Below, in pieces: positions 41,201 through 52,801 of a stretch of DNA of 64,000 bases. The DNA is taken from assembly GCF_964204645.1 (NCBI RefSeq), contig NC_134029.1:496001-560000 (forward strand), given 5' to 3'. The notes under the pieces are model-generated. The model was not told the origin of the DNA and did not search any database. It saw only the letters and a list, made by a program, of their open reading frames with translations. This DNA is from Tubulanus polymorphus (taxonomy: Eukaryota > Animalia > Nemertea). Position 1 is the first letter of the stretch; every line of letters starts with the position of its first letter. The position numbers were made by a program, and so were the translations under genes.

Positions 41201-44200
41201 ACCTCGTATCGTTCCTAACCGTATCCAAGGCTAAACTAGCCATCGATGACGTCATAGATTTAGCTTCCCAAACCGATATCAAATACGGAAGTGTCCAGAA
41301 CAGTCGCACGGCGGATTTCTTTAGGTTGTCTCCGGATCCTGTATTCCGGGAAATGTGGAAAAGCATGAAAGATAACATGGTTAAAGGTACAAAGGCTGGT
41401 GTAGCGAAAGTGAAGTCACCTAAAGAGAAATACGCCTTTATTTGGGATTCCCAGGTAAAACAAAGCAATCTCTCCTTTCAATGATTTCTAAATAAATCCC
41501 CGTTTCTTCTATGAAAATAAACAAAAGTTCCCAATCGATAACAAAGAAGCTACAATGTAACTCATAACACGTGATGTTTTATTACGAGAAAATGACTAGG
41601 GAGATAACAGTTGAGCAACAGAAGACTCGTGAGGAAACATTCATTGTGAATATTATTGAAAACATAATCTGAATGTACATGTACATGTAATTTACTCGCA
41701 TTTTACAGATTAGACATTTCTAAAACTGAGTAAATTATGTTAGGTTTCTGAGAATTGATTTTCACTTCGCAGTCAACGATGATTTCATCCCTAACAAATG
41801 AAATGTTGAATATATCTCACTTACGAGAGATTTATCAATATCAAAACATACAGGCATCAGTTGCATACTATTCAACACGAATACCTTATTATGAAACAGT
41901 GGTGGATTTAGGGAAGGGGGGTCAGTAGCACCGGGGCACGTGCTGTCCCCTTCTGGATTCGTTATTGATTATTGCCCCAAGATTCCGGTCATATACAGGA
42001 AACTGTGTTCATCTTATTCTACAGGTAAATCTGTATTCAGCGACTCAGAATTGTGAAATGATGGTTGTTGGTCATCCTCTAGACGAGAAAAGATACGGGA
42101 TTCCTGTACCAATTGATGCTGAATACAGGGATGTTTTAACTTTAGCGATACTCGACTTACAATATAAGGGTTTCATCATGGAAACTGAACGCAAGTAAGT
42201 TATACTAAATTCTTTACCGAGTTTGTAGAGTTTGTTCACTGGATCTGTGGAAGATAGGATCACCCTAATTACATACAACAAAACAAACGCTTACACAATA
42301 TACATATTAAACTACAAGTAAACATTGTATTTCATTTGGTAAATATAAATTTAGTAACTTAGTATAAAGTAACCACATTAAACCACTCACTAACAGTAAA
42401 CATACAACAATTCGTGAGGATCAATCTTTACAATAAATGTACTACACACAAAATGTCTATAGTTGCCATGGTTTATTTGTAACTGATACAATTGAAGTTT
42501 ATTTCACTGAATTTCTACAGCGGATTTTCATACAGAAAAATTCACGAATTTCTCGTCCCAGTAAAAGATATATGTAGAAATTAACCGTATAATTAGAAAC
42601 TTGAAACTGATAGAATATTTCAAAGAGAAATTCCCTCAGCTCAATTGAGACTGGTAAAAATACAGTAATTGCGGAAGGAAGTGTAAATGTCGCAAATGCG
42701 AGTGAAACTGTTACGAGCATTATTGTCGTACGTTTTGTTTTTGTAGTTTTCTGATCGGACGAAACTATTTTTGAACCTCTGAATAATTGAATTATTATTA
42801 TAGAATTTGATGTAATAACCAACGATAATGGTAGAAAATATACGTGTACAACATATGTCATGAAAAATATGAATTGTTGAAATATCTCATAGTAACATCC
42901 GATACTATTAGAAAACTTCATAATCACTGCTGCATAAACACCAATTACAAATGCATTTATTACAAAAATAATCCCGATTGTGCAGCGGGCGAATTTCGGT
43001 GTACATATCAAACGAGATGTGAACGGGAAGAGCACAACTGCCGCACGTTCTAGAGATATCGCCACGATTAACCAAGCACTACTAGCACCCATAAAACCCA
43101 TCACAAATTCATAGATTTGACAATTGATCAGTGAATTCATGATGAATATAGGACCAGCGTTTAAATGCAAGAGAATAAACTGTAAAACAGGCATCAGTGT
43201 ATGACTGATACAGAACGCAAAGTCACTGAGAGATAAAACGATCAGATAGTTAGCGTAAGATAAACTGCGGAATCTACGACTTATCATTATCAGGAAAGTA
43301 GCTGAATTGCCAAATGCTCCTAACACGAACAAGATAAGCAGAATGACCATAGATACAGAACGGTAGATTCCAGACCTGTTCTCCACAGACATGAGTAATG
43401 AGTGACTGTTGTACGCGGGACCGATCTGCATCTGAGTAGAATTCATGATCATATGAAAAAATCTGTCTCCTGTTTGGAATTAAATGTGAAAAGAAATCCA
43501 AACATATAATAATCAAGTCATATTCATGGCAGCAGCTAATCGACATTTACTGGAGACGAAATTATTTACAACTTACAACAAGATTTACTCAGATTTGTTA
43601 GATGTTTATTGTGTAAAAATAAATATGTGTCTGAATCATATCTGCAAAGAAATAACTTTGAATTGTAAAATATCGACTGAGTTTGCTGTAAAATCGCGTT
43701 CGTGCAAAGCCGGTATTATCAGAATGTTACAGGTGTTACAGACGCGACAATTTAATCACATAATGATCGCATTTACTCGAAAACTGTCTAATGAATGGTA
43801 TGATTTATTAACAAGTAATTAATTTCCTGGGCCCAGTCTCTCTTACAGAAATCCAATATCTATCTATCTAGATTTTTGGGCCTTGGTTTCCTGAAGTTTC
43901 ATAAGTATTTTATCATATCTCGACAAACTCTCTTAAACACAGCTCCTAAACCTCTCGTTAAACATTACAAATAGCCATCCGATATTCTTTATTTTCTGTA
44001 TTTTCTGTATTTCGGTTTCGACTCATCATTAGTCACTGATACTCGATGATTATTTCATTGAATTTCTACAACAGATTTTCATGCAGAAATATTCACGTAT
44101 TTCTCGTCCCAGTAAAAGATAAATGTAAAAATTAATCACATAATTACTTATTTGCAATTGATAGAATATTTTATAGAGAAATTCCCTCAGCTCAATTGAC

Positions 44201-47200
44201 ATTGGAAGGAATACAGCTAGAGATGAAGGAAGCGTAAATGTCGCAAATGCGAGTGAAACTGTAACAAGCATTATCGTTGTACGTTTTGCTTTTGTAGTTT
44301 TCTTATCGGACGAAACTATTTTTGAACCTCTGAATAACTGAATTATTATTACAGAATTTGACGTTAGAATAAAAGATAAAGGTAGAAAATAACCGTAGAC
44401 AACAACAAAGTTGAAAAACTTAATTTGTTGAAATATTTCATAATAACAGCCAAAATACTGGTCAGAAAAATGAATCATAACAAACGAGGGAACACCTAAA
44501 ATCGAAGCGTGAGTTACGAATATAAACATAATTGTAAATCGGGCGAATCTCGGTGTACATATCAAACGAGATTTGAGAGGGAAGAGAACAACTGCCGCTC
44601 GTTCTAGAGATATCGCTACTAAAAACCAGACGCTGCTCGCGCCCATAGAATTCATAAGAGCTTCATAAATTCGACAAGTGATCAGTGAATTCATCAGGTA
44701 TATTGGATTGATGTTTGCGTACAAGAGAACAAACTGTAAAACAGGCATCAGTGTAAAAGTGATACAAACTAGAAAATCACTGACTGACAAAGCGATCAGA
44801 TAGTTAGCGTAAGATAAACTGCGGAATCTACGACTTATCATTATCAGGAAAGTAGCTGAATTTCCGAAGGCTCCTAACAGGAACAAAATGATCAGAATGA
44901 CCATAGATACAGAACGGTAGATTCCAGACTTGTTCTCCACCGACATGAGAATGATATACACGTACGATCGACCAACAGCCAGCGTCTCGGTTGTAGAATT
45001 CATGATTGAATCAATATTCTGTGTGTTTGTACTGACTCACAACACGCATATTGGAAAGTTATTCTGTAGTTCATGAAATCCGCACATATATTGATGAAGT
45101 CTCATTTGTGAAAGCTGGTTTTTAACCATTGTTAGAAATGACATCTTTTGTTGACCACGAATGGAAAAATCGATTCTCAGATTCAACACAATAAACTCAG
45201 ATTTGTGAATGCAGCTGCTGACGAAATTAAATCATCTTTTTTCAGATAACGTCCTTTTAATAAACATGATCCAATAGAAATAAGTGCTTTAACTGTAGCC
45301 ATTGGTCACCCAGAAATTCTTTGTTCGCACCAGTTTCACAAAAATGCGTTGAAATTTTGTCAGCATTGATTATATAGACGAATTCGGTCACGGTTCCATG
45401 AAATTTCATTACTATTATTCAACATTCCAATTTAGATTATAGTTGACGTTTGTTTCACGGAATTTCTACAACAGATTTTCGTACAGAAATATTCACGAAT
45501 TTCTCGTCCCAGTAAAAGGTATATGTAGAAATTGACGATATGATTACTTAATTCAAATTGAGTGAAAATTTCTATGAGAAATTCTTTCTGCCATGAGGAG
45601 CTTGGTAATAATACAGTTATAGTAGTTGGAAGTGTAAACATTGCAAATGCGAGTGAAACTGTTACGAGCATTATTGTCGTACGTTTTGATTTCGTAGTTT
45701 TCTGATCGGACGAAACTATTTTTGAACCTCTGAATAACTGAATTACTATAACAGAATTTGATAGAATTATGAAAGTTAAAGGTAGAATAAAAACGTATAT
45801 GACATACGTCATAAATAGTATGAACTGATCAAAAATATTGTAGTAACATCCGAAATCATCAGAAAATATCATTATTACTATATGGATGATACCGATAACA
45901 AGAAAATTAATTGTAGAAATTATCACAATAACACATCGAGCGAATGTCGGTGTACATATCAAACGTGATTTGAACGGGAAGAGAACAACTGCCGCACGTT
46001 CTAGAGATATCGCTACTATTAACCACGAACTATTGGCACCAGCAAATGATGTCAGAGATTCGTAAATTCGACAACTGATCAGTGAATTAATCATCAAAAT
46101 ACGACCGGTGTTTAGATGCAAGAGAACAAACTGTAAAACAGGCATTAAACTAAAACTTGTGCAAAACGTCAAATCACTGACTGACAAAACGATCAGATAG
46201 TTAGCGTAAGATAAACTGCGGAATCTACGACTTATCATTATCAGGAAAGATGCCGTATTTCCGAAGGCTCCTAAAAGAAATAAGATAATCAGAATGACCA
46301 TGGATACAGTACGGTAGATTCCAGACTTGCTTTCCAATGACATGAGAACGATGTAACTTTTGTAAGGTCGACCAACAATCGGCATCTGAGTGGAATTCAT
46401 GATTGATTCAGAGTCTAGTGTTCTCACTGACTCTCTCCTCACATATTGGAAAATAATTTGATGCGAAACTAATTCACATCGAATATTCATAAAGTCATAT
46501 TCAGCATTTGTTAGAGATAAAATAAGTTTATTCACCATGAAATTGAAAATCAATTCTCAGTAACTCAACATAATTTCTTCCGATTTGTAAAATGCTTACC
46601 TTGAAAAAACAATTCTAAAGTAAGGGAAATCCGCATTGATATCTATGAATTATTTTTTTTCTTTAAACAGCTCGTTCGTGATGAAATCTATCGCAAACCA
46701 AGAAATGAAAATCAATTCTCAGAAAAACGTACACAATGAATGCAGCTTGTAAATTAAATCATTATCTTCAGATAACGACATCATGAATATTTCATAAACA
46801 GAATCCTATGGTAATCAGTGCTTGAACAGAAGCCACAGGTCACCCAGAAATCTTTGTTAGCGACCTGTGCACGTAAACAGTGATGCATTTAATGTTCAGG
46901 ACAATTGTATCAAACAAATGATGGATGACTATCAAGAATTAGATTTCGTTATAGTATCTGTTAATTCACCAAAAATGTGAGAAAAAAGTCAGTGCAGAAA
47001 ATATGACACGATCATCCTGTACAAATCGATATTGAATACAGGGAAGTTAACTTAAGCGATAGATAGTTCAATCACTGGATCACCTCGTAATCATGACTAC
47101 AAACTTGTCGCACCATCGAGTATCATCAACATTTGCTAATTGAGCTCGTTATGGCCACTGGTCACTCATGACCTTAAGTAACTTAGTGTAGTTACTACAT

Positions 47201-50200
47201 TAAACCACCCACTAACAGTAAACATACAACAATTCGTAAAGATCAATCTTTACGATAAATGTATTACACACAAAATGTCTATCGTTTTCATCGTTTATTT
47301 GTAACCGATACAATTGAAGTTTATTTCACTGAATTTCTACAGATTTTCATGTAAAAAAATTCACGAATTTCTCGTCCTAGTAAAAGATATATATAGAAAT
47401 TAACCACATAATTAGAGGCTTGGAATTGATAGAATATTTCATACAGAATTTCGCTCAGCTCAATTGAGATTGGAAGGAATACAACTAGAGATGAAGGAAG
47501 CGTAAATGTCGCAAATGCGAGTGAAACTGTTACAAGCATTATTGTTGTACGTTTTGCTTTCGTAGTTTTCTGATCGGACGAAACTATTTTTGAACTTCTG
47601 AATAACTGAATTATTATTACAGAATTTGACGTTAGAATAAAAGATAAAGGTAGAAAATAAACGTAGATTACATATATCATAAAATATATGAATTGTTGAA
47701 ATATTTCATAGTAACATCCAAAACTATCAGAAAACATCATAATAATTACTGCATAAATACCAATTACCAATGCATTCATTACAAAAATAATCGCAATGAC
47801 ACTTCGGGCGAATTTCGGTGTACATATCAAACGAGATGTGAACGGGAAGAGAACAACTGCCGCACGTTCTAGAGATATCGCTACTATTAACCACGAACTA
47901 TTTGCACCCATAGAATTTATCACAAATTCGTAGATTTGACAATTGATCAGTGAATTCATCATGAATGTTGGACCGATGTTTAGATGCAAGAGAACAAACT
48001 GTAAAACAGGCATCAGTGTAAAACTGATGGAGAACATAAAATCACTGATAGACAAAGCGATCAGATAGTTAGCGTAAGATAAACTGCGGAATCTGCGACT
48101 TATCATTATCAGGAAAGTAGCTGAATTTCCGAAGGCTCCTAACAGGAACAAAATGATCATAATGGCCAAAGACACATTACGGTGGATGCCAGATTTGTTC
48201 TCAACAGACATAAGTAACAAATAACTGTTGTACGCAGGACCAATCTGCATCTGAGTAGAATTCATGATCACGTGAAAATACAAGTCTCCTGTTTGATATT
48301 AAATGTGAAAAGAACTCCAAACAGTTATTCACAAAGTCGTATTTATGGCAGCAGCTTAAACAACAATAGTTTGAGATGAATTAATGTATCTGAACTGTGC
48401 ACAAAGTGAAAATCTATTCTTAGAAACATGACACAAATTACTCAGTTTGTAGAATTTATTTCGTAAAATATGGATCTACCCAAACACCCAGCTAACGATG
48501 ATTGTACAGCACAGTTGACAGTAGACATTCTTCTGACAGTAGACACCCGTCGGAATTCGTGCTATCTTCACTGACAAATAGGGTCTTGCTATTTGTGGAG
48601 GATATGGCATATACAAGCATGAATATGTAGTCTCGCTATATTTTCTGTTGCAAAAAATATTTTGCAACATGTGAAACATATGCATCAAACCCTGGACTCT
48701 CTTAGAGTCCATAATCAAAGTATTCTTACATGTGAAATCCAAATCAAGAACAAATCGGTTTGGAAAATAAACGAATGCAACTTCATCAGTGTATCTTATC
48801 AGCCCGCTCTAAACAAATGCGCCTCTTGTCATTGATCGGGATTTTCCGTGAGGACATCGCATAATCGAAAAGTTTATAAACTATATTTATTAAATTCTAT
48901 ACTTCTTTATTCTATAGTTATTAAATTCAAGTATAAATATAACAATTAATACTAAACTGCAAAATTAACTTACCTGATTATAACACAAAATGTCCATGAT
49001 TATCTCTTTTCATTTGTATGTTATACTCATATTCAATTAGTATATTTACTCAACAGTTATTTCACTGAATTTCTACAACAGATTTTCGTGTAGAAATATT
49101 CACGAATTTCTCGTCAAAGTAAAATATACATATAAAAGTTGACAACATAGACTGACCGCAGTCCGGTCTAATATAACATCCTAATTCTTTTTGAAGGTGG
49201 TGGGCAGTTGGTGAATGTGGAGACCCTACTAAAGTACAGGCTGATACAGAAATGCGCCCCCTGACGGCGGATACATTAGCAGGGTTGTTTGTTATGTTGG
49301 GAGGAGGAATTATTCTAGCTTTGATCATTTCCGTGATCGAGTACAAAAAAGCACGTGACATCAGAGGAAATGTCGAGGTGGCTTCAGAGAAGGTAAGACA
49401 ACTCCCGATATTCCACCGTCCCATTTACCGCCACCCCCGCCTACCGCCAGGTTTTCTCAATGTACATCTCTATACAAATACATAGTAAAACATCACCGAC
49501 ATACCGCCATACTCTCTATACCGCCAAAATCATTCTGCACCGATGTGGGCCTGCGGTCGGGGGTTGACTGTTTATGTATGAAGGAACTTGGGATTTCTTA
49601 CACGCCATAATTACCAGACATTCGTGACGTCAGTTACGTAATTCAAATCTCCGTAATTGTCTTAAAACTTTTACTGATACAAGTCATAACATCAGTCTCT
49701 GTATTGAATGTGCAAAAATCTATTTCTTTCGAAATCAGAAAAATGGAAACCACAGAACCTAAAGTAACCTCAGTACCCATAGAACCCTCAGTGCCCATAG
49801 AACTCACAGAACCCATATAACCTAATGCATATACAGCCAATGATGAATATATTCACAATCGAATCCTACAAATGTTCATTAGATTCACTTTATTTTTTGT
49901 TTGGGTCTCTGCTAGGATATAAGCATATAGATTTATTTTCCATACGTATATCGGGTTTTCTTTATACACGTAATGGAGTTAGTTGATAGTGTTATCGAAG
50001 TTCTGTAAGATGATACTATCACGACTAAACATCACGATTACCCCCGTTTAATAGTGTTACCAGAAATAACCGAAGAAAATAGTTCCTATAGTTTTAGAAC
50101 CGTATCGTTTTACACACTCTAGTCCCATCTCAAATACAAAACCACTCTAGAAATCAATCATACGTTTATCCTGCTAATGCATTTCTGTTAATAATAAGAG

Positions 50201-50583
50201 TTGTAATGAGTATAAATAAAAGAGGAGTTATGAGTGCTCGCGTTGTTGCTAGAAATTCGATTAGTTCATCAGCTCAATAGTGTCTGAATTCAATAATAGC
50301 GAAAACCTAACGTAAAGGTCATAGATGACGGTCTATATGACGCATGCACCCATGGATTTTAGTCTTCCTGATGTCAAATCCTTAATATCAGGTTTAAAAT
50401 CTTACAATTTAAAAGTTGTAGAAATTATGCATCTTCATATTCTCAGCGATGGTTAAACCTGCTGTATGTATCAGCGATCGTTACAACTATATAAATCCTA
50501 TATATTTACAGAATACAAAGCCACCAGTAACAACTGAAGACCATGAACTCGAGGAAAAATGCAAATTAAAATTTCATGAGTAA
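35276..50583 (+). CDS. Ionotropic glutamate receptor paralog 2 (divergent pore/gate)
   Basis: Signal exon 35276-35363; ATD exons 35682-39864; S1 40025-40228; 40798-41454; 42025-42194; M4 exon 49197-49391; probable last exon 50512-50583 (less certain). Exon phases match paralogs 1 and 3 where checked. Confidence 0.85.
38738..38970 (+). repeat. 29-bp tandem repeat derived from an intron-exon junction (7 copies plus the true junction)
   Basis: Unit AATTTCAG-GACCAGGCTGTGG-GTATGTCT. The last copy is the real acceptor TTACAG|GATCCGGCCGTT at 38950. Confidence 0.9.
40388..40460 (+). pseudogene. tRNA-like pseudogene / SINE head in iGluR2 intron
   Basis: A box TGGTCTAGTGG and B box GGTTCGAGTCC at tRNA spacing; acceptor stem broken; GAC-containing loop. 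Confidence 0.55.
42499..43452 (-). CDS. Intronless chemoreceptor-like class A GPCR, copy 1 (nested in iGluR2 intron)
   Basis: 317 aa, 7 TM, GN in TM1, LSLSD, SLERA, NFYIY. Confidence 0.92.
   Translation of the reverse strand: MIMNSTQMQIGPAYNSHSLLMSVENRSGIYRSVSMVILLILFVLGAFGNSATFLIMISRRFRSLSYANYLIVLSLSDFAFCISHTLMPVLQFILLHLNAGPIFIMNSLINCQIYEFVMGFMGASSAWLIVAISLERAAVVLFPFTSRLICTPKFARCTIGIIFVINAFVIGVYAAVIMKFSNSIGCYYEIFQQFIFFMTYVVHVYFLPLSLVITSNSIIIIQLFRGSKIVSSDQKTTKTKRTTIMLVTVSLAFATFTLPSAITVFLPVSIELREFLFEIFYQFQVSNYTVNFYIYLLLGREIREFFCMKIRCRNSVK
44050..45003 (-). CDS. Intronless GPCR, copy 2 (nested)
   Basis: 317 aa paralog with the same motifs. Confidence 0.92.
   Translation of the reverse strand: MNSTTETLAVGRSYVYIILMSVENKSGIYRSVSMVILIILFLLGAFGNSATFLIMISRRFRSLSYANYLIALSVSDFLVCITFTLMPVLQFVLLYANINPIYLMNSLITCRIYEALMNSMGASSVWFLVAISLERAAVVLFPLKSRLICTPRFARFTIMFIFVTHASILGVPSFVMIHFSDQYFGCYYEIFQQIKFFNFVVVYGYFLPLSFILTSNSVIIIQLFRGSKIVSSDKKTTKAKRTTIMLVTVSLAFATFTLPSSLAVFLPMSIELREFLYKIFYQLQISNYVINFYIYLLLGREIREYFCMKICCRNSMK
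45432..46400 (-). CDS. Intronless GPCR, copy 3 (nested)
   Basis: Start set at the conserved MNST; the ORF track extends further upstream. Confidence 0.9.
   Translation of the reverse strand: MNSTQMPIVGRPYKSYIVLMSLESKSGIYRTVSMVILIILFLLGAFGNTASFLIMISRRFRSLSYANYLIVLSVSDLTFCTSFSLMPVLQFVLLHLNTGRILMINSLISCRIYESLTSFAGANSSWLIVAISLERAAVVLFPFKSRLICTPTFARCVIVIISTINFLVIGIIHIVIMIFSDDFGCYYNIFDQFILFMTYVIYVFILPLTFIILSNSVIVIQLFRGSKIVSSDQKTTKSKRTTIMLVTVSLAFAMFTLPTTITVLLPSSSWQKEFLIEIFTQFELSNHIVNFYIYLLLGREIREYFCTKICCRNSVKQTSTII
47321..48265 (-). CDS. Intronless GPCR, copy 4 (nested)
   Basis: Start at MNSTQMQ; flanks shared with copy 1. Confidence 0.92.
   Translation of the reverse strand: MNSTQMQIGPAYNSYLLLMSVENKSGIHRNVSLAIMIILFLLGAFGNSATFLIMISRRFRSLSYANYLIALSISDFMFSISFTLMPVLQFVLLHLNIGPTFMMNSLINCQIYEFVINSMGANSSWLIVAISLERAAVVLFPFTSRLICTPKFARSVIAIIFVMNALVIGIYAVIIMMFSDSFGCYYEIFQQFIYFMIYVIYVYFLPLSFILTSNSVIIIQLFRSSKIVSSDQKTTKAKRTTIMLVTVSLAFATFTLPSSLVVFLPISIELSEILYEIFYQFQASNYVVNFYIYLLLGREIREFFYMKICRNSVK
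49057..49152 (-). pseudogene. 3'-end remnant of a fifth nested GPCR
   Basis: Translates VYVVNFYMYILL*REIREYFYTKICCRNSVK*, with an in-frame stop replacing the conserved G. Confidence 0.85.
49395..49570. mobile_element. Degenerate MITE with repeated TACCGCC motifs
   Basis: Four TACCGCC copies; the right end CGGGGGTTGACTG is inversely related to the left end CAACTCCCG. Confidence 0.45.
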
Positions 50584-52461
50584 ATGTGCATAGATTATGA
50601 AGCTTAATAATGATGCAGTTTGTTTTTTGTATTACAGTACATTTATGACATAATTAATGATTTTGTCACGATGAAGAATAATGAATTATCTTATATGACA
50701 ACATAGGCCCGTATATAATGTATTGATTTTAATGTTAATGTACTTATTGATGATACATAACTTGCAATGTATTTCAGGTTATTTGAATAAACTTCATCAT
50801 TCACCTAAGTTTTATTTCAATTATATTCGTTAGAATTATTTCTGTTTTGATGATTCGGAGGATTATATCAAATGAAGTTGATAGGAACAAGAAACAAGAT
50901 TTCAGATTCACAAAACAATGGTATTATAGTTTCATTAGTCGCGCTCTCTCACCTGCCTTGTCATAACAACATTGGTGACACTTTGTGTGTGAAATAGACC
51001 CCCAGAAACAGAGAAGCATGAACTCCGTGGACAGAGAGGGCGGCAAATCCAGACCACAGACTATTTGTACCATACAAATGCTGTAAAAATTCCATCCACT
51101 GCAAACTGCCGATCATAAAATGGACTTTTACAAACGTGTATTGACACAGAGTGGTGTTTACCCAGACTATGCGGGACATCAATAATATCCATTCTCACAT
51201 TATAATATGATGTAATGGATTAAATGTTTATTTTCGATACTGCTGCTGCTGCTGCTGGTGGTGATGCTGTAACCACATCGGTCTTTGAATTATGCCGGAT
51301 GTTCATCAGATTTCTGAATGAATAAGATAATCGAACATTTTATCCAATCATTTATCGTTTAATGTACACAAACTGGCAGGAACTATCGACAAGTGTTTGA
51401 TCTAATCAAACTCCTCCGGTTATAGGTATCTACAGTTTCTACAGAGTTCATCTTCATATTGGCGATTGGTTGTCGGCGAGACCAATTGTATATCCGACCC
51501 CTCGTTTTATCCATTAGCCAGTTTTACAATACGCCCCTGGTAGTTATTTCGAAGCTTCCAGACTTTGCTGGGACGAAACTAAACAAAGCTGTCCCTCTCC
51601 CTTTCCCTTCTTGCATCAGCAATTCAGCCCCAACAAATACCTCGAGTTCTAAAAGATGTTTATGATCAGGCGCTCATTCAAAGGATATTTCCGCTTGAGT
51701 ACAGCAAGATGATGTCGCCATCACCGAGGTTAGATGGCAGCACTGTACGGTAGATGCCGAGCTGTGCCGCCGCGGAGGAGACGGAGCGAGAACTGTCGCC
51801 GCTATCAGAGCAGATTCGAGTCGGTCGCATGATGAATACTGTGTTTACCACGGAGTGTTTCAGAATCTATTGGATATTTATATCTGATTGAAGTAAATAT
51901 CAACCGTGAGGTAAGTGGAATCTTTATTACATTTCTATTCACATAAACACACAATGGAATCATCAAAATAAACTTTTCCTAATATTTTCTGGGCTATATA
52001 CCCGGCCTCTACTTGACCAATACCTGCCCATCTGAAGTTTAACCGAAATTTCCGATAATGCACTTCAAACAACGAAGAACTCTGTAAAATTCGACCGATC
52101 ATCCAAGTACTTCGATTGTTGAATTCTTTCAAAAGTAAACCCCTGTTTCGTTCCTGACAGGTTGAGTCACTGAATCAATCAAATAAAAATCAATCAATCA
52201 TTTACGAATAAATGGGAGAGAAAATCATTCAAAAAAATTCTACGAAAATACAGTTGCTAAACTGGAATATAATAATTCAGTTGTATTGCTTTTTCAGAAG
52301 TGATGCCGTTAATCATATTGACCTAAACATAGATTAATAACGTGTATATATAACTCAGTTGCTAATTAGACAGCTATTTACAGTAATTGTGTCGTTGATG
52401 TTGTTGGGTCAACGGTTCGAATGTGTTTGTCTGCGGCGACGCGTAACGGATTCGAATCATC

Positions 52462-52629
52462 CAGGGGTCAGTTGCTCAATAGTTGGTTGAAGCAGGGAAG
52501 TGTGATGATCACACTTCCCTGGTTGAAGATAACCAGTGGATAGATGCCATATTAACAATGAACTTATAATTGTCACTATGTCAACTATCCACTGGTTAAC
52601 TCTAATCAACCTTTGAGCAACTGGCCCCT
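52462..52629. mobile_element. MITE with terminal inverted repeats
   Basis: AGGGGTCAGTTGCTCAA ... TTGAGCAACTGGCCCCT, plus an internal inverted AACCAGTGGATAG/CTATCCACTGGTT. Related partial copy at about 52970-53072. Confidence 0.7.
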
Positions 52630-52801
52630 CCGACTATTGTCTCCTGATCGACACCCGGAGCTACATTGTTTCATAGTCGCCCGTGTGTTAGATGCTTCGT
52701 GCACAGCCACAGATGTTTTTGGTAACACCGTACGTCCATGGTAACACCAATGTTCCTTGTTGACCCACTCAATACAATTCAGCCTATCACTCATTTCAGT
52801 A

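Noticed and set aside
49739-49762. Alternative last exon of iGluR2
   Set aside because: Weak acceptor giving only 7 codons; 50512-50583 has a better acceptor and a downstream AATAAA. Not fully excluded.
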